From the NCBI GenBank assembly GCA_049903315.1, contig JBNGBT010000005.1:1-64000 (forward strand): a DNA stretch of 64,000 nucleotides, written 5' to 3'. Numbering within the stretch: the first letter of the stretch is position 1; every line of letters starts with the position of its first letter. Source of the DNA: Candidatus Cloacimonadota bacterium (GTDB lineage Bacteria; Cloacimonadota; Cloacimonadia; JGIOTU-2). Below, in pieces: positions 1-9,141 of the stretch. A model generated the notes under the pieces. That model did no database searches. It saw only the letters and a list, made by a program, of their open reading frames with translations, and was not told the origin of the DNA. Both the position numbers and the translations under genes were made by a program.

Positions 1-2
1 CA

Positions 3-1064
3 AGCAGTGAACCTCTCGAACCTCTTAAGAGCACAATAGTGACAGGCACATCTGGATTTAATGCCGAACCTCAGAACCGTGATGATGTGATAATACAATA
101 TCAAAGCGGTTATGATGATAATGGTATTGGTACAGGTGCTGCATTTGATGCAATGTGTGCTGCCAGATTTACCTCAACTGAGTTAACTCCTTACTATGAC
201 ACTTATAATCTCACACAGGTGAATCTTCATATCAGAAGTGCAGACTTCACCCTGGTTGAACTTAAGGTCTGGGAAGGTGGTTCATTTGGTAACGCTGGAA
301 CAGAGGTTTACTCTCAGGACATCACAGCGAACATACTGATCGAACAATGGACGAACGTTGTTCTCACTACTCCAATACCACTTGTAAGTGGTAATGAATA
401 CTGGATTGGATACTCCATAACTGCAACTGCGGATCATCCTTGCAGTGTTGATGCTGGACCAGCGGTTGCTGGAAAAGGTGACTGGATGTTCTACAGTGGT
501 TCATGGATAGAGATAAGCACAGCCTATGCGCTTGATTACAACTGGTGTATCCAGGGTGTGGTCAGTCTTGGCTCAGCTCCATGGATAACTGTTGATCCGA
601 CATTCGGAACGATTGCTCCTGGTGGTTCTATGCAAATAGCTGTCATGTTTGATGCTACCGAACTTACGTACGGTGAAATCAAGACCGCTGACATCGAAAT
701 CATACCTACACCAGATGTGGGCTCAGTTATCGTTCCTGTGACACTTACAGCCACTGATATAGTCTCGAATGGCGAAGTACCTGTAATAGAGACCGCATTG
801 TATGCGAACTTCCCGAACCCAATGCTTCATTCTACAACCTTCAGCTTCAGTCTGAAAGAAAGATCTCATGTCAAACTGTCTGTTTACAACGTAAAAGGAC
901 AGTTGGTTGACGTCTTAGTCAATACTGAGATTGATCCGACACCTTCCTATAAGGTTGATTGGAATGGCACTGTGAACGGTAAGAGGCTTGCAAACGGTAT
1001 CTACTTCTACAAGCTTGAGACAAACAGCAAGACCTTCCTGAAAAAGATGATCTTGATGAAGTAA
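3..1064 (+). CDS. Secreted/surface protein with FlgD-Ig/T9SS type-A-like C-terminal domain (5'-truncated by window edge)
   Basis: Frame is open from position 3. C-terminus NFPNP...YNVKGQLV...WNG...LANGIYFYKL...KKMILMK. Followed by a terminator. Confidence 0.8.
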   Translation, partial: SSEPLEPLKSTIVTGTSGFNAEPQNRDDVIIQYQSGYDDNGIGTGAAFDAMCAARFTSTELTPYYDTYNLTQVNLHIRSADFTLVELKVWEGGSFGNAGTEVYSQDITANILIEQWTNVVLTTPIPLVSGNEYWIGYSITATADHPCSVDAGPAVAGKGDWMFYSGSWIEISTAYALDYNWCIQGVVSLGSAPWITVDPTFGTIAPGGSMQIAVMFDATELTYGEIKTADIEIIPTPDVGSVIVPVTLTATDIVSNGEVPVIETALYANFPNPMLHSTTFSFSLKERSHVKLSVYNVKGQLVDVLVNTEIDPTPSYKVDWNGTVNGKRLANGIYFYKLETNSKTFLKKMILMK

Positions 1065-1088
1065 CTCGCGTTGAAACTCATATAAATC

Positions 1089-1123
1089 AAGGGAAGAAGG
1101 TTCGCCTTCTTCCCTTTCTTTTT
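1089..1123 (+). terminator. Rho-independent terminator
   Basis: AAGGGAAGAAGG-TTCG-CCTTCTTCCCTT perfect stem followed by a T-rich tract. Confidence 0.9.
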
Positions 1124-1272
1124 ATTTATTAAATATAATAATTATTATTAATAAACATTCCTTATTAAAAGTAAGGTTTAAAAAACTTGACTCCACCTCC
1201 TTTTATTCCATGAAAGTAACAATTCATTAAATATTCAACGTCTAAAAATATGACGCTTTGAAAGGAGAAAAG

Positions 1273-4101
1273 ATGAAAAAGGTAATAACAGTTTTTGCTC
1301 TTCTGATACTTGTTACTGGTCTTGCGTTTGCAGAAAACCAAAAGATCATAGTACAAAATGTCAATGAGCAGCCTATTCTTTCCGGAACTGATTCACCAAT
1401 GGTTACACCTCCGGCAAAGAGTAGAGATTTAACTCAAATTTTCTATGAAGATTTTGAAACAGGAGCTCCTGATTGGACAGCATGGGATGCAACAGCAACC
1501 CCGCCGATGTGGCATATTGATACATATAATGCATATGGCGGCTCCGGTATGTCCTGGTGGATGGGCGATCCCGATGTAGGCACAAATGGTGGGTATCTTG
1601 ATCACTGGTATCAAGTCCTGGACACCCCTCCTATTCTGATTCCTGATCATGCGAAAAATGTTCTTAGTTTTCAGCAATTCCGCGCAATTGAAGCACTTGG
1701 TGTAAGTGGGAACTTCAATGGTTGGGATGGCTTAAATGTAAGAATTCGTCTTGCAACTGAAGAATATTCGGAAGCAGAAGTACTTACTGATTGCAATCCT
1801 GCTTATAACAGCACAAGCATGTACAGTTTTGGTTATGAACATGGTGAATGTCCATCAGGTATTCCCGGTATCCCCGGCTGGGGTGGTTCAACCTCTGGTT
1901 GGGAAGCAACATCAATTATTATTCCTCCCGCATGGAATGGCCAAAATGTAATAATCAGCTTTGCATTTGCTTCAGATCCTTCTTACAATACTGAAGATGA
2001 TCCGGCATTAATTGGTGTTTTTGTGGATAATATTGCACTTGGAAGTTTTTATAACACCGGTGATGATGCCACTGGCTTTGATATGTTCTCTAACGTACCA
2101 GAGGGCGGGCAGCTTTGGCACATTTACGATGATGCTGCAGCACCTTCACCCACTCATGCTGCCGGTTGTTTTGATGCAGGAACTGGATTTTATAATCCAA
2201 ATATGGATGACTATTATATTACCCCGGAATTTGATCTTCCTGCAAATGTAGATATTACTTGGGATATGTATGTACAAACAGATCTCGATGCTGGCGTATT
2301 CCCAGATTGTGACTATATTTATGTAGAAGTACGCCATGACGACGGCACAGGATGGAGTGCATGGTGGTCAGTAAGTAATCCTCTCGGAGATCCGGCTGGT
2401 AATAACTATGTATTCACAGGTAGCATTGCAGACTGGACACCTTTCTCTGCTGGTTGGTCCGGATACTCAGATATGTCAGTACTTGGTGGTATGACAGTTC
2501 AGTTCAGAGTTGGACTCCATTCAAATGCAGATCCCGTAACCACGTGGGGTTTCAATGTCGATAATTTCGAGGTTTTAGCTTCTCTGGATGTGTTACCTCC
2601 AACTAATCTCGTTGCCGACTATAACGAACAAACTGCTTTTGTTGACCTTGATTGGGACGCTCCAACAGGACTGGGTGGTGAAATGCAATGGGATGATGGA
2701 ACATTTGAAAATGCAATTTCATTCACAACCGGTTCCGGTATCATGGGTGCAACCTTCCCCGTTGGCGGACAGTGTCAAATCCTTGAATTCACAGTGTTTA
2801 GTGAAACCTTAGCCGGCCCTACGACAATTGGCGTGTATGAAAAAGAGGGGGCATCATATTCTTCAACTCCCACTTATACTATGCCAATTACAACTCAGGC
2901 AGGTGCTGCTGCTACATATGATGTATCAGGACAACATTGGGATGTACAAAATAGCTTTATTCTCGGGTATGAATGTTCTGCAACTGTAGATTGTGGATTA
3001 GATGAGACTACAGTTCCAAGCGAGCATAGTATGGTCAATACAGGTGGTGCTTGGGCAACATGGGCAAGCGTTGCAGCAGCAAATCAACTCCCTGATGGAG
3101 AATGGGGTATTCGCTGTGAGACAACATATGCAACAGTACCAGCTCCAGACAGTTACAATGTATATCGTGGATTAGAAAGTGGAAACTATGATGATACTCC
3201 TGTTGGAAATACTGTTGACACCTTATTTACCGATGAAACAGTTGAACCTGGTAATACATATTATTATGCAATAAAAGCAGTATATCCTGCTGGTGAAAGT
3301 CAATTCTCAAATGAAGCGTCCGCTTTTGTTGAGGTGGCGTCTGCTGTAGAATATGCATATGATGACGGTACTGCTGAAATGGGTTACCGTGCCGGTTCAC
3401 CTGCAAACTGTCTTGCAGTAAGGATCACTCCTGACCAATATCCTGTGAAACTTATCAGGATTAAATACTTCCTCACTGAAGTAAACCAGCAACTCATTGT
3501 GTATGCATGGGATGATGACGGTCCAGGCGGAATACCCGGAACCCAGCTTATTGATCCTATCTATATGATCCCTACGCAAAACCTGGTTGCCAATGATTGG
3601 AATGTAATCACCCTTCCGGATGATTCCAGATACGATATTGTTATCGAGAGTGGAGATTTCTATGTTGGTTGGTTCGAAGCTTCAAACAGCAGCCTGATCG
3701 GTGTCGATACAAACGGGCCATCCTATTTCAGAAGCTGGCAATATACCAGTGGATCATGGTTCGATTACAACATGGGTATCCCTCAGAATATGATGATACG
3801 TGCAGTTGTCGATACTAATGTTATTGTTGGCGTTGATGACGAACCTGTTACCGGAACCTATCTGCTTCAGAATTACCCAAATCCTGTAAAAGGTTCAACT
3901 CAGATTAAATATGGAATTCAGAATCATAACGGACCAGTTGAGATTGATATCTACAACATACTCGGTCAAAAAGTTGATTCTATACAGGGTGAAAAAGGTG
4001 TCGCAACCTGGAATCCTGGCGAACTTCCAAGCGGAATTTATTTCTATAAGCTTGAAACCGCTAATTTCACTCAGACACGTAAATTGTTACTGATCAAATA
4101 A
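1273..4101 (+). CDS. Large secreted multidomain protein (immune-inhibitor-A/MAM-like beta-sandwich repeats, FN3-like domain, C-terminal sorting domain)
   Basis: RBS AAAGGAG before ATG 1273. Signal peptide MKKVITVFALLILVTGLAFA. DFETG...W and (W/Y)DDGT.E repeats, FN3-like YNVYR...YYYAIKAVY, C-terminal NYPNP...SGIYFYKL. Confidence 0.75.
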   Translation: MKKVITVFALLILVTGLAFAENQKIIVQNVNEQPILSGTDSPMVTPPAKSRDLTQIFYEDFETGAPDWTAWDATATPPMWHIDTYNAYGGSGMSWWMGDPDVGTNGGYLDHWYQVLDTPPILIPDHAKNVLSFQQFRAIEALGVSGNFNGWDGLNVRIRLATEEYSEAEVLTDCNPAYNSTSMYSFGYEHGECPSGIPGIPGWGGSTSGWEATSIIIPPAWNGQNVIISFAFASDPSYNTEDDPALIGVFVDNIALGSFYNTGDDATGFDMFSNVPEGGQLWHIYDDAAAPSPTHAAGCFDAGTGFYNPNMDDYYITPEFDLPANVDITWDMYVQTDLDAGVFPDCDYIYVEVRHDDGTGWSAWWSVSNPLGDPAGNNYVFTGSIADWTPFSAGWSGYSDMSVLGGMTVQFRVGLHSNADPVTTWGFNVDNFEVLASLDVLPPTNLVADYNEQTAFVDLDWDAPTGLGGEMQWDDGTFENAISFTTGSGIMGATFPVGGQCQILEFTVFSETLAGPTTIGVYEKEGASYSSTPTYTMPITTQAGAAATYDVSGQHWDVQNSFILGYECSATVDCGLDETTVPSEHSMVNTGGAWATWASVAAANQLPDGEWGIRCETTYATVPAPDSYNVYRGLESGNYDDTPVGNTVDTLFTDETVEPGNTYYYAIKAVYPAGESQFSNEASAFVEVASAVEYAYDDGTAEMGYRAGSPANCLAVRITPDQYPVKLIRIKYFLTEVNQQLIVYAWDDDGPGGIPGTQLIDPIYMIPTQNLVANDWNVITLPDDSRYDIVIESGDFYVGWFEASNSSLIGVDTNGPSYFRSWQYTSGSWFDYNMGIPQNMMIRAVVDTNVIVGVDDEPVTGTYLLQNYPNPVKGSTQIKYGIQNHNGPVEIDIYNILGQKVDSIQGEKGVATWNPGELPSGIYFYKLETANFTQTRKLLLIK

Positions 4102-4122
4102 TAACCCTCTTAAGAATATAAT

Positions 4123-4158
4123 AAAGTCCCAATCGTTCATTCGGTTGGGACTTTTTTT
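4123..4158. terminator. Terminator between convergent genes (likely bidirectional)
   Basis: AAAGTCCCAATCG-TTCATT-CGGTTGGGACTTT followed by a T-run. Confidence 0.85.
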
Positions 4159-4173
4159 AATAAGATATAAGTT

Positions 4174-5724
4174 TTATTCTTCGGGTTCAGTTTTGACAAA
4201 TATTCGATGAAGATTTGTAATAAGTTTTGAGGGAGTGATCGCTGCCTCTTCATATTCATCAACCAGAATGTCCGCTACCTCTCCATGAATGAATGCGCCT
4301 ACGCGTGCAGCATCATACGGGGAAAAACTTTGTCCGAGTAACGATACAATAATTCCAGTGAGTACGTCACCGCTTCCCCCGGTTGACAAGCCGGGATTGC
4401 CTGTCACATTGAAGGTTATATTCCCGTCAGGATCTGCAATTATTGAAGTGCTTCCTTTAAGAAGAAGAGTAAGATTGTGATTATGGGTGAAATCAAGTAT
4501 ATATGACAGCAAATCGTTCTCGATCTCTTCAATGGTATGACCATTCAAGCGGGAAAATTCTTTTATATGAGGAGTAAAGATATAAGGTTTTCCTGCAAGC
4601 TGTTTCAAAGCAATTTTGTCTTTCTCGAATGCATTGATCGCATCTGCATCAATAATTGTCGGTTTATTGTTCCGTGCGAGAAATTCCCGCACGAACTCTG
4701 CGGTTTCTTCGTTCCTGGAAATGCCCGGTCCAATAGCTACTGCATCGCAAAATTCGACAAAATCAAGCACTTCATCAACTGCTTCGCGAGAAAAGGTCTG
4801 ATGCTTTGTCTCTGATACTCCTCGTGTCATCACTTCAAGCAGGCTGACCTCAAATACCGTGCCCAGACTTTTTGGATGAAGGAGAGTTATCAAACCTGAG
4901 CCCATTTCCAGCGCTGCTTCAGACGCCATAATACCTGCCCCAGTTAAGCCCGGCGAGCCGGCAATAATTGCAATTTTACCATAATCACCCTTATGGGTAT
5001 TTCTCATTCTATGCGGAAAGTAGTGAAGCACATCCGGCAAAATTTCTGCAATAGGGGGATTTTCTTCATAGGCAGATTCAGGTATGCCGATATCTACGAT
5101 ATACATTTCTCCGCAAAGGTCACGTCCGGGATAGAGCAAATGCCCGTATTTCATATTTGCCATTGTGATTGTAATGTCTGCATGGATCGCCACATTTGCA
5201 ACCGTTCCCTTTTCGGCATCAAGACCGGATGGTATATCAATTGCAACGATGATCTCATCTAGCTCATTAATGACCTCTATTAGATTTTTCCTATAGCCCG
5301 TGACTTTGCCCTTGAGTCCAACTCCGAAAAGTGCGTCAATGATTACATCAAAATCATAAAACTGATCGAGGATTTTATCAAGGTCTTCCTTACTGGAAAT
5401 GTACTGGAGCTCGCAATGCATTTTTTGAAGGATCGAGTGGTTCTTTTTTGCGAGAGGAGTAAATTTCTCTCTATCACCCACGACAAGACAACTCACGTCA
5501 AAGCCGTGGTTATAGAGCCATCGAGCAATGACCATCCCGTCTCCTCCGTTGTTGCCCGTACCACAGATAACTGCCACAGAGTCAGTATCTTCCAGCACTT
5601 CCATCTCTATGATTTCTGCACTCTTCTTACCTGCATTTTCCATTAAAATGATTGGTTCAATACCAAATTGCTCCTGCGCAGTTTTATCAAAATATCTCAT
5701 TTCTTTAGGACTTAATATATACAT
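4174..5724 (-). CDS. nnr: Bifunctional NAD(P)H-hydrate epimerase/dehydratase (YjeF family)
   Basis: LMENAG, CGTGNNGGDG, DALFGVG, DIPSG, then THKGDYG, AIGPG, DADA, TPH, TGGSGDVLTG motifs. Confidence 0.95.
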   Translation of the reverse strand: MYILSPKEMRYFDKTAQEQFGIEPIILMENAGKKSAEIIEMEVLEDTDSVAVICGTGNNGGDGMVIARWLYNHGFDVSCLVVGDREKFTPLAKKNHSILQKMHCELQYISSKEDLDKILDQFYDFDVIIDALFGVGLKGKVTGYRKNLIEVINELDEIIVAIDIPSGLDAEKGTVANVAIHADITITMANMKYGHLLYPGRDLCGEMYIVDIGIPESAYEENPPIAEILPDVLHYFPHRMRNTHKGDYGKIAIIAGSPGLTGAGIMASEAALEMGSGLITLLHPKSLGTVFEVSLLEVMTRGVSETKHQTFSREAVDEVLDFVEFCDAVAIGPGISRNEETAEFVREFLARNNKPTIIDADAINAFEKDKIALKQLAGKPYIFTPHIKEFSRLNGHTIEEIENDLLSYILDFTHNHNLTLLLKGSTSIIADPDGNITFNVTGNPGLSTGGSGDVLTGIIVSLLGQSFSPYDAARVGAFIHGEVADILVDEYEEAAITPSKLITNLHRIFVKTEPEE

Positions 5725-5731
5725 ATGTACC

Positions 5732-6940
5732 TCATTTATTCTTTTTTGTAAGCATTATTTCTATGGTAGTTCCTTCATCGGGTTCGCTCTTTGATACATA
5801 TATCTTACCATGATGGAACTCTTCAATGATCCTTTTTGTGAGGGCAAGACCTAGACCCCAACCGCGTTTTTTTGTCGTAAATCCTGTATCGAAGATCAGT
5901 TTCTGTGATTTTTTGGGTATACCGCAACCTTCATCTTTGATCTGAATATAGAATTTGTCACCCTTATCATACGTAATAATAAAAATATTCCCGGACTTTT
6001 CCTTCAATGCATCTATGGCATTTTTGATGAGATTTTCCAGAGCCCATTTGATGAGATCAGGATCAAAGCAGATGACCTTATCTTCTGCATGATTGATATA
6101 GTTAAGGTTGACCTGCTTTTTTGAGCGGGGAATGCGCTCGCGGAAATAATCTAGGATTTCGTGAATGGTTGCTTCGATATTTGCTTGCTTTATCTGAATG
6201 TCGGAACCAACTTTGCCAAACCTGGATGCAATCTTTTCAAGATGACGAACATCCTCTTTCATACTTTGAATGATATCTTCCATTTGTTGGATATCTTTGC
6301 ATCCCGCAGATTTTGATTTCAATACCTCCAGCCATCCGAGCAGGGATGTGATCGGCGTTCCAAACTGATGAGCCGTCTCTTTTGCCAGAGCCACCCACAG
6401 AGATTCTTTTTCCTGTTTTTTCATCAGTGAAAGACCTGAAATTCCTACAGCAATGAATAAAATAACAATGAAGAATTCAAGATAGGGCAGGAACTTCAGT
6501 CTTTTTATAGTATGGGAGGAGCTATATAAAATTTTAGAGATCACTTCCCCTGTTTGAGGTTCTTTGAGGAGTATAGATGTCTCATTCTTCTCCATATCAA
6601 AAGCGATTTCTCTTAATTTTTCCGGACTTATTTCTTCTTCAGAAGATTTTAATTCAAGATTTTTCCAATACTTTGGATTATTCTGCACATCCGTAACAAT
6701 AATCGGAAAGTTTATCTTTTGAATGACTTCAGTGAGAATAATTTCAAGTAGTTCACTCTCAATATTATCTCTTGTTGAAACCTCTGCAAACCTTCCATAT
6801 ATCTTTGGAAAAACCTCGAGTTCCTTGCGCACTTGATGAAGCAGGTTATTCGAGTAGATCACAAATGATAAGATAATAATGATGCTCCCGATAATAAAAT
6901 AGGACTTAATATAGGTCAGGTTTTTATTATTATTCTTCAT
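5732..6940 (-). CDS. Membrane sensor histidine kinase (no cognate regulator adjacent)
   Basis: Two TM segments. H-box AKETAHQFGTP, N-box ENLIKNAIDA, DEGCGI, FTTKKRGWGLGL. ATG 6940 preferred (AAGGA upstream). Confidence 0.9.
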   Translation of the reverse strand: MKNNNKNLTYIKSYFIIGSIIIILSFVIYSNNLLHQVRKELEVFPKIYGRFAEVSTRDNIESELLEIILTEVIQKINFPIIVTDVQNNPKYWKNLELKSSEEEISPEKLREIAFDMEKNETSILLKEPQTGEVISKILYSSSHTIKRLKFLPYLEFFIVILFIAVGISGLSLMKKQEKESLWVALAKETAHQFGTPITSLLGWLEVLKSKSAGCKDIQQMEDIIQSMKEDVRHLEKIASRFGKVGSDIQIKQANIEATIHEILDYFRERIPRSKKQVNLNYINHAEDKVICFDPDLIKWALENLIKNAIDALKEKSGNIFIITYDKGDKFYIQIKDEGCGIPKKSQKLIFDTGFTTKKRGWGLGLALTKRIIEEFHHGKIYVSKSEPDEGTTIEIMLTKKNK

Positions 6941-7697
6941 CCTTGTCCTTGGCTTTCTGCCAGTAAAATTCCATTTCATCAAGATCGGCAGAGAAAATTT
7001 TATCCTTGAGCTCCTCCTCGATGAAATTGAAACGTCTTATAAATTTCTTAATAGTTCTATCCAGTGCATATTCAGGATCAATTTCCAGACGCCGCGCAAG
7101 GTTGACCAGAGCAAAGAGAATATCACCTAGCTCATCCTTCATTTTCTCATGATCTTTGGATCTATATTCTTCTTCAAATTCCTTAATTTCTTCTTTGAGT
7201 TTATCAAATATCAGGTCAACTTTATCCCAGTCAAAGCCCACAGTTGCGGCTTTTGCCTGGATTCTCCGGGCTTTTATAAGTGAAGGAAGAGATATTGGGA
7301 GTCCTTCCAGAATTGATTTTCTACCTGTTTTCTCTTTTTTCTTTATCATTTCCCAGTTGTGCTCGACTTCTTCATGATCTTTTACAGATATATCTCCAAA
7401 AATATGCGGATGCCGCCTTTCCATTTTCTCATTTATTGAATTGAGAATGTCCTGTAAAGTGAAACGATCTTCTTCTTCAGCGATCTTTGCCTGGAATACT
7501 ATGTGAAGCAACAGGTCACCAAGTTCTTCTTTCATGTGCATATCATCTTTATGATCAATCGCTTCAGAGAGCTCATACACTTCTTCTATCATATGTGGAC
7601 GAAGTGTTTCGGGTGTTTGTAGCTTATCCCAGGGACAACCCTTTTCGGGATCGCGAAGTGTTTTCATGATCTTTACAAGTTCATCAAATTCTTTCAT
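6930..7697 (-). CDS. mazG: Nucleoside triphosphate pyrophosphohydrolase MazG
   Basis: LRDPEKGCPWD, EELGDLL, RRHPHIF, second domain DELGDILF. Confidence 0.95.
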   Translation of the reverse strand: MKEFDELVKIMKTLRDPEKGCPWDKLQTPETLRPHMIEEVYELSEAIDHKDDMHMKEELGDLLLHIVFQAKIAEEEDRFTLQDILNSINEKMERRHPHIFGDISVKDHEEVEHNWEMIKKKEKTGRKSILEGLPISLPSLIKARRIQAKAATVGFDWDKVDLIFDKLKEEIKEFEEEYRSKDHEKMKDELGDILFALVNLARRLEIDPEYALDRTIKKFIRRFNFIEEELKDKIFSADLDEMEFYWQKAKDKDEE

Positions 7698-8452
7698 TGA
7701 ATGCCCCAGATTCCTAAATAAAATTTAATAAGTTCATTACCGGTTATCATACTTACGAACATGGCAATGACTATGAATGATCCGAATGGAATTAATACAG
7801 TATGCCGAACTTTCGAAAAAGCATAGAGTATCATACCTATCACTGAACTGAGAAATATTGTCAAAAAAGTGAGCTTTAAACCTAAGGACAAACCGATCAA
7901 AGCTATCAGTTTTATATCTCCGCCACCCAACCCATCACGTTTGGTAATAACACGAAAAATAAAAGCAATCAAAATAAAAACTCCTGCGCCGAATGCAAGT
8001 CCAATGAGGGCATTCCAAAATCCAAGTCCATTGAAAAATGAAAAGATAACTGCGACAATAATCATCGGATATGTAATGATGTCAGGTATGATACGGTGAT
8101 GAAGATCGAGAAAAAAAATGAGAATTCCAGCGATTATTAAAAGGGAGAACTGAAAAAACAGAACTGAGAAGTGGAATTTCAGGAACAATAATATAAGCAA
8201 CAAAGGAGTAATAATCGGAATAATGAGCACATACAAGGGAATATTATTATTACAGTTCGAACACTTTCCCTTACATAGAATATATCCAATGATCGGGATT
8301 TGATGAATAAACCTGAGATGTAGGTTACAATTACTGCACTTTAACGAATGAAAAATGTTTTGTCTTTTAGGGTATTGCCAAATAATTCGGGTGCAGAGCC
8401 ATCCTATTATAATGCCTGCAAAAGCAAGTGTTAAAATCCAGATTTTCCACAT
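7694..8452 (-). CDS. pilD: Prepilin peptidase (A24)
   Basis: Two CxxC pairs (CSNC...KGKCSNC), D...IIPD, GLGGGDIKL, IPFG, multiple TM helices. Confidence 0.85.
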   Translation of the reverse strand: MWKIWILTLAFAGIIIGWLCTRIIWQYPKRQNIFHSLKCSNCNLHLRFIHQIPIIGYILCKGKCSNCNNNIPLYVLIIPIITPLLLILLFLKFHFSVLFFQFSLLIIAGILIFFLDLHHRIIPDIITYPMIIVAVIFSFFNGLGFWNALIGLAFGAGVFILIAFIFRVITKRDGLGGGDIKLIALIGLSLGLKLTFLTIFLSSVIGMILYAFSKVRHTVLIPFGSFIVIAMFVSMITGNELIKFYLGIWGIQ

Positions 8453-8461
8453 TCAAATCTT

Positions 8462-8884
8462 TTATCGAAATGTATGATAATAGGTCGGGAAGCTCTGGTA
8501 TTCGATACGAAATCTCAGATTCTCAGTAGGGGCATAATCGAGACTGAAGTTGGGCAGGATTTTGGTATTTTCATTTGAAACAAGTGGACTGCTTGAGCCA
8601 AATTTACCATAATTTACAAAGTTTAGGTCAAGAGCGAGTTTTAGTTTATCAGAGAGGGGAAGTGTGAAGCTATTGCAGAAATTGCTGAGATAATACGCAC
8701 TTTTCGTTCCGCTGTTATATGTTGTAGAAAAACTTATTGATTGACTCATTTTGAGGTTGTTAAGCGGTAATTTCGAGGGGAAAGAGAAAGAGGATGGTGC
8801 ATTTTGAGGTGGTGTAAGGTCTTGAGCACAAAGAATGCTCGAGCACAAAAGTATAAGAGCCGCACATAAAGAAATATATTTCAT
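8462..8884 (-). CDS. Secreted hypothetical protein
   Basis: RBS AGGAG, N-terminal signal peptide, in operon orientation. Confidence 0.7.
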   Translation of the reverse strand: MKYISLCAALILLCSSILCAQDLTPPQNAPSSFSFPSKLPLNNLKMSQSISFSTTYNSGTKSAYYLSNFCNSFTLPLSDKLKLALDLNFVNYGKFGSSSPLVSNENTKILPNFSLDYAPTENLRFRIEYQSFPTYYHTFR

Positions 8885-8907
8885 ATAATCTCCTAAAAAA
8901 TATTTTT

Positions 8908-9131
8908 ACCACGAAAGTCACGAAATACGCGAATGAACAGTTTGTCTTGTTCAAAAAAATATAAGCTTCTCATCTCTTTCTAAAACCCTCAGAGTCCAGA
9001 ATGAGCTTAGAAAACAATGCATTCTCAATCAAGGAATTTGTACGAGAATCGAGATAAAACACTGCTCTTTGATTCGAATAACTCATTTCACTGTAAATAA
9101 AATTTTTGTGATTTTCGTGTTTTTCGTGGTT
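8908..9131. mobile_element. MITE-like element with imperfect terminal inverted repeats (ACCACGAAA-NN-CACGAAA) enclosing a GxxExxY-like gene remnant
   Basis: Left arm ACCACGAAAGTCACGAAATACGCGAA (8908). The right arm reverse-complements to AACCACGAAAAACACGAAAATCACAAA (9131). Internal minus-strand peptide MNHEKHENHKNFIYSEMSYSNQRAVF. Confidence 0.55.
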
Positions 9132-9141
9132 CATTGTTGTA

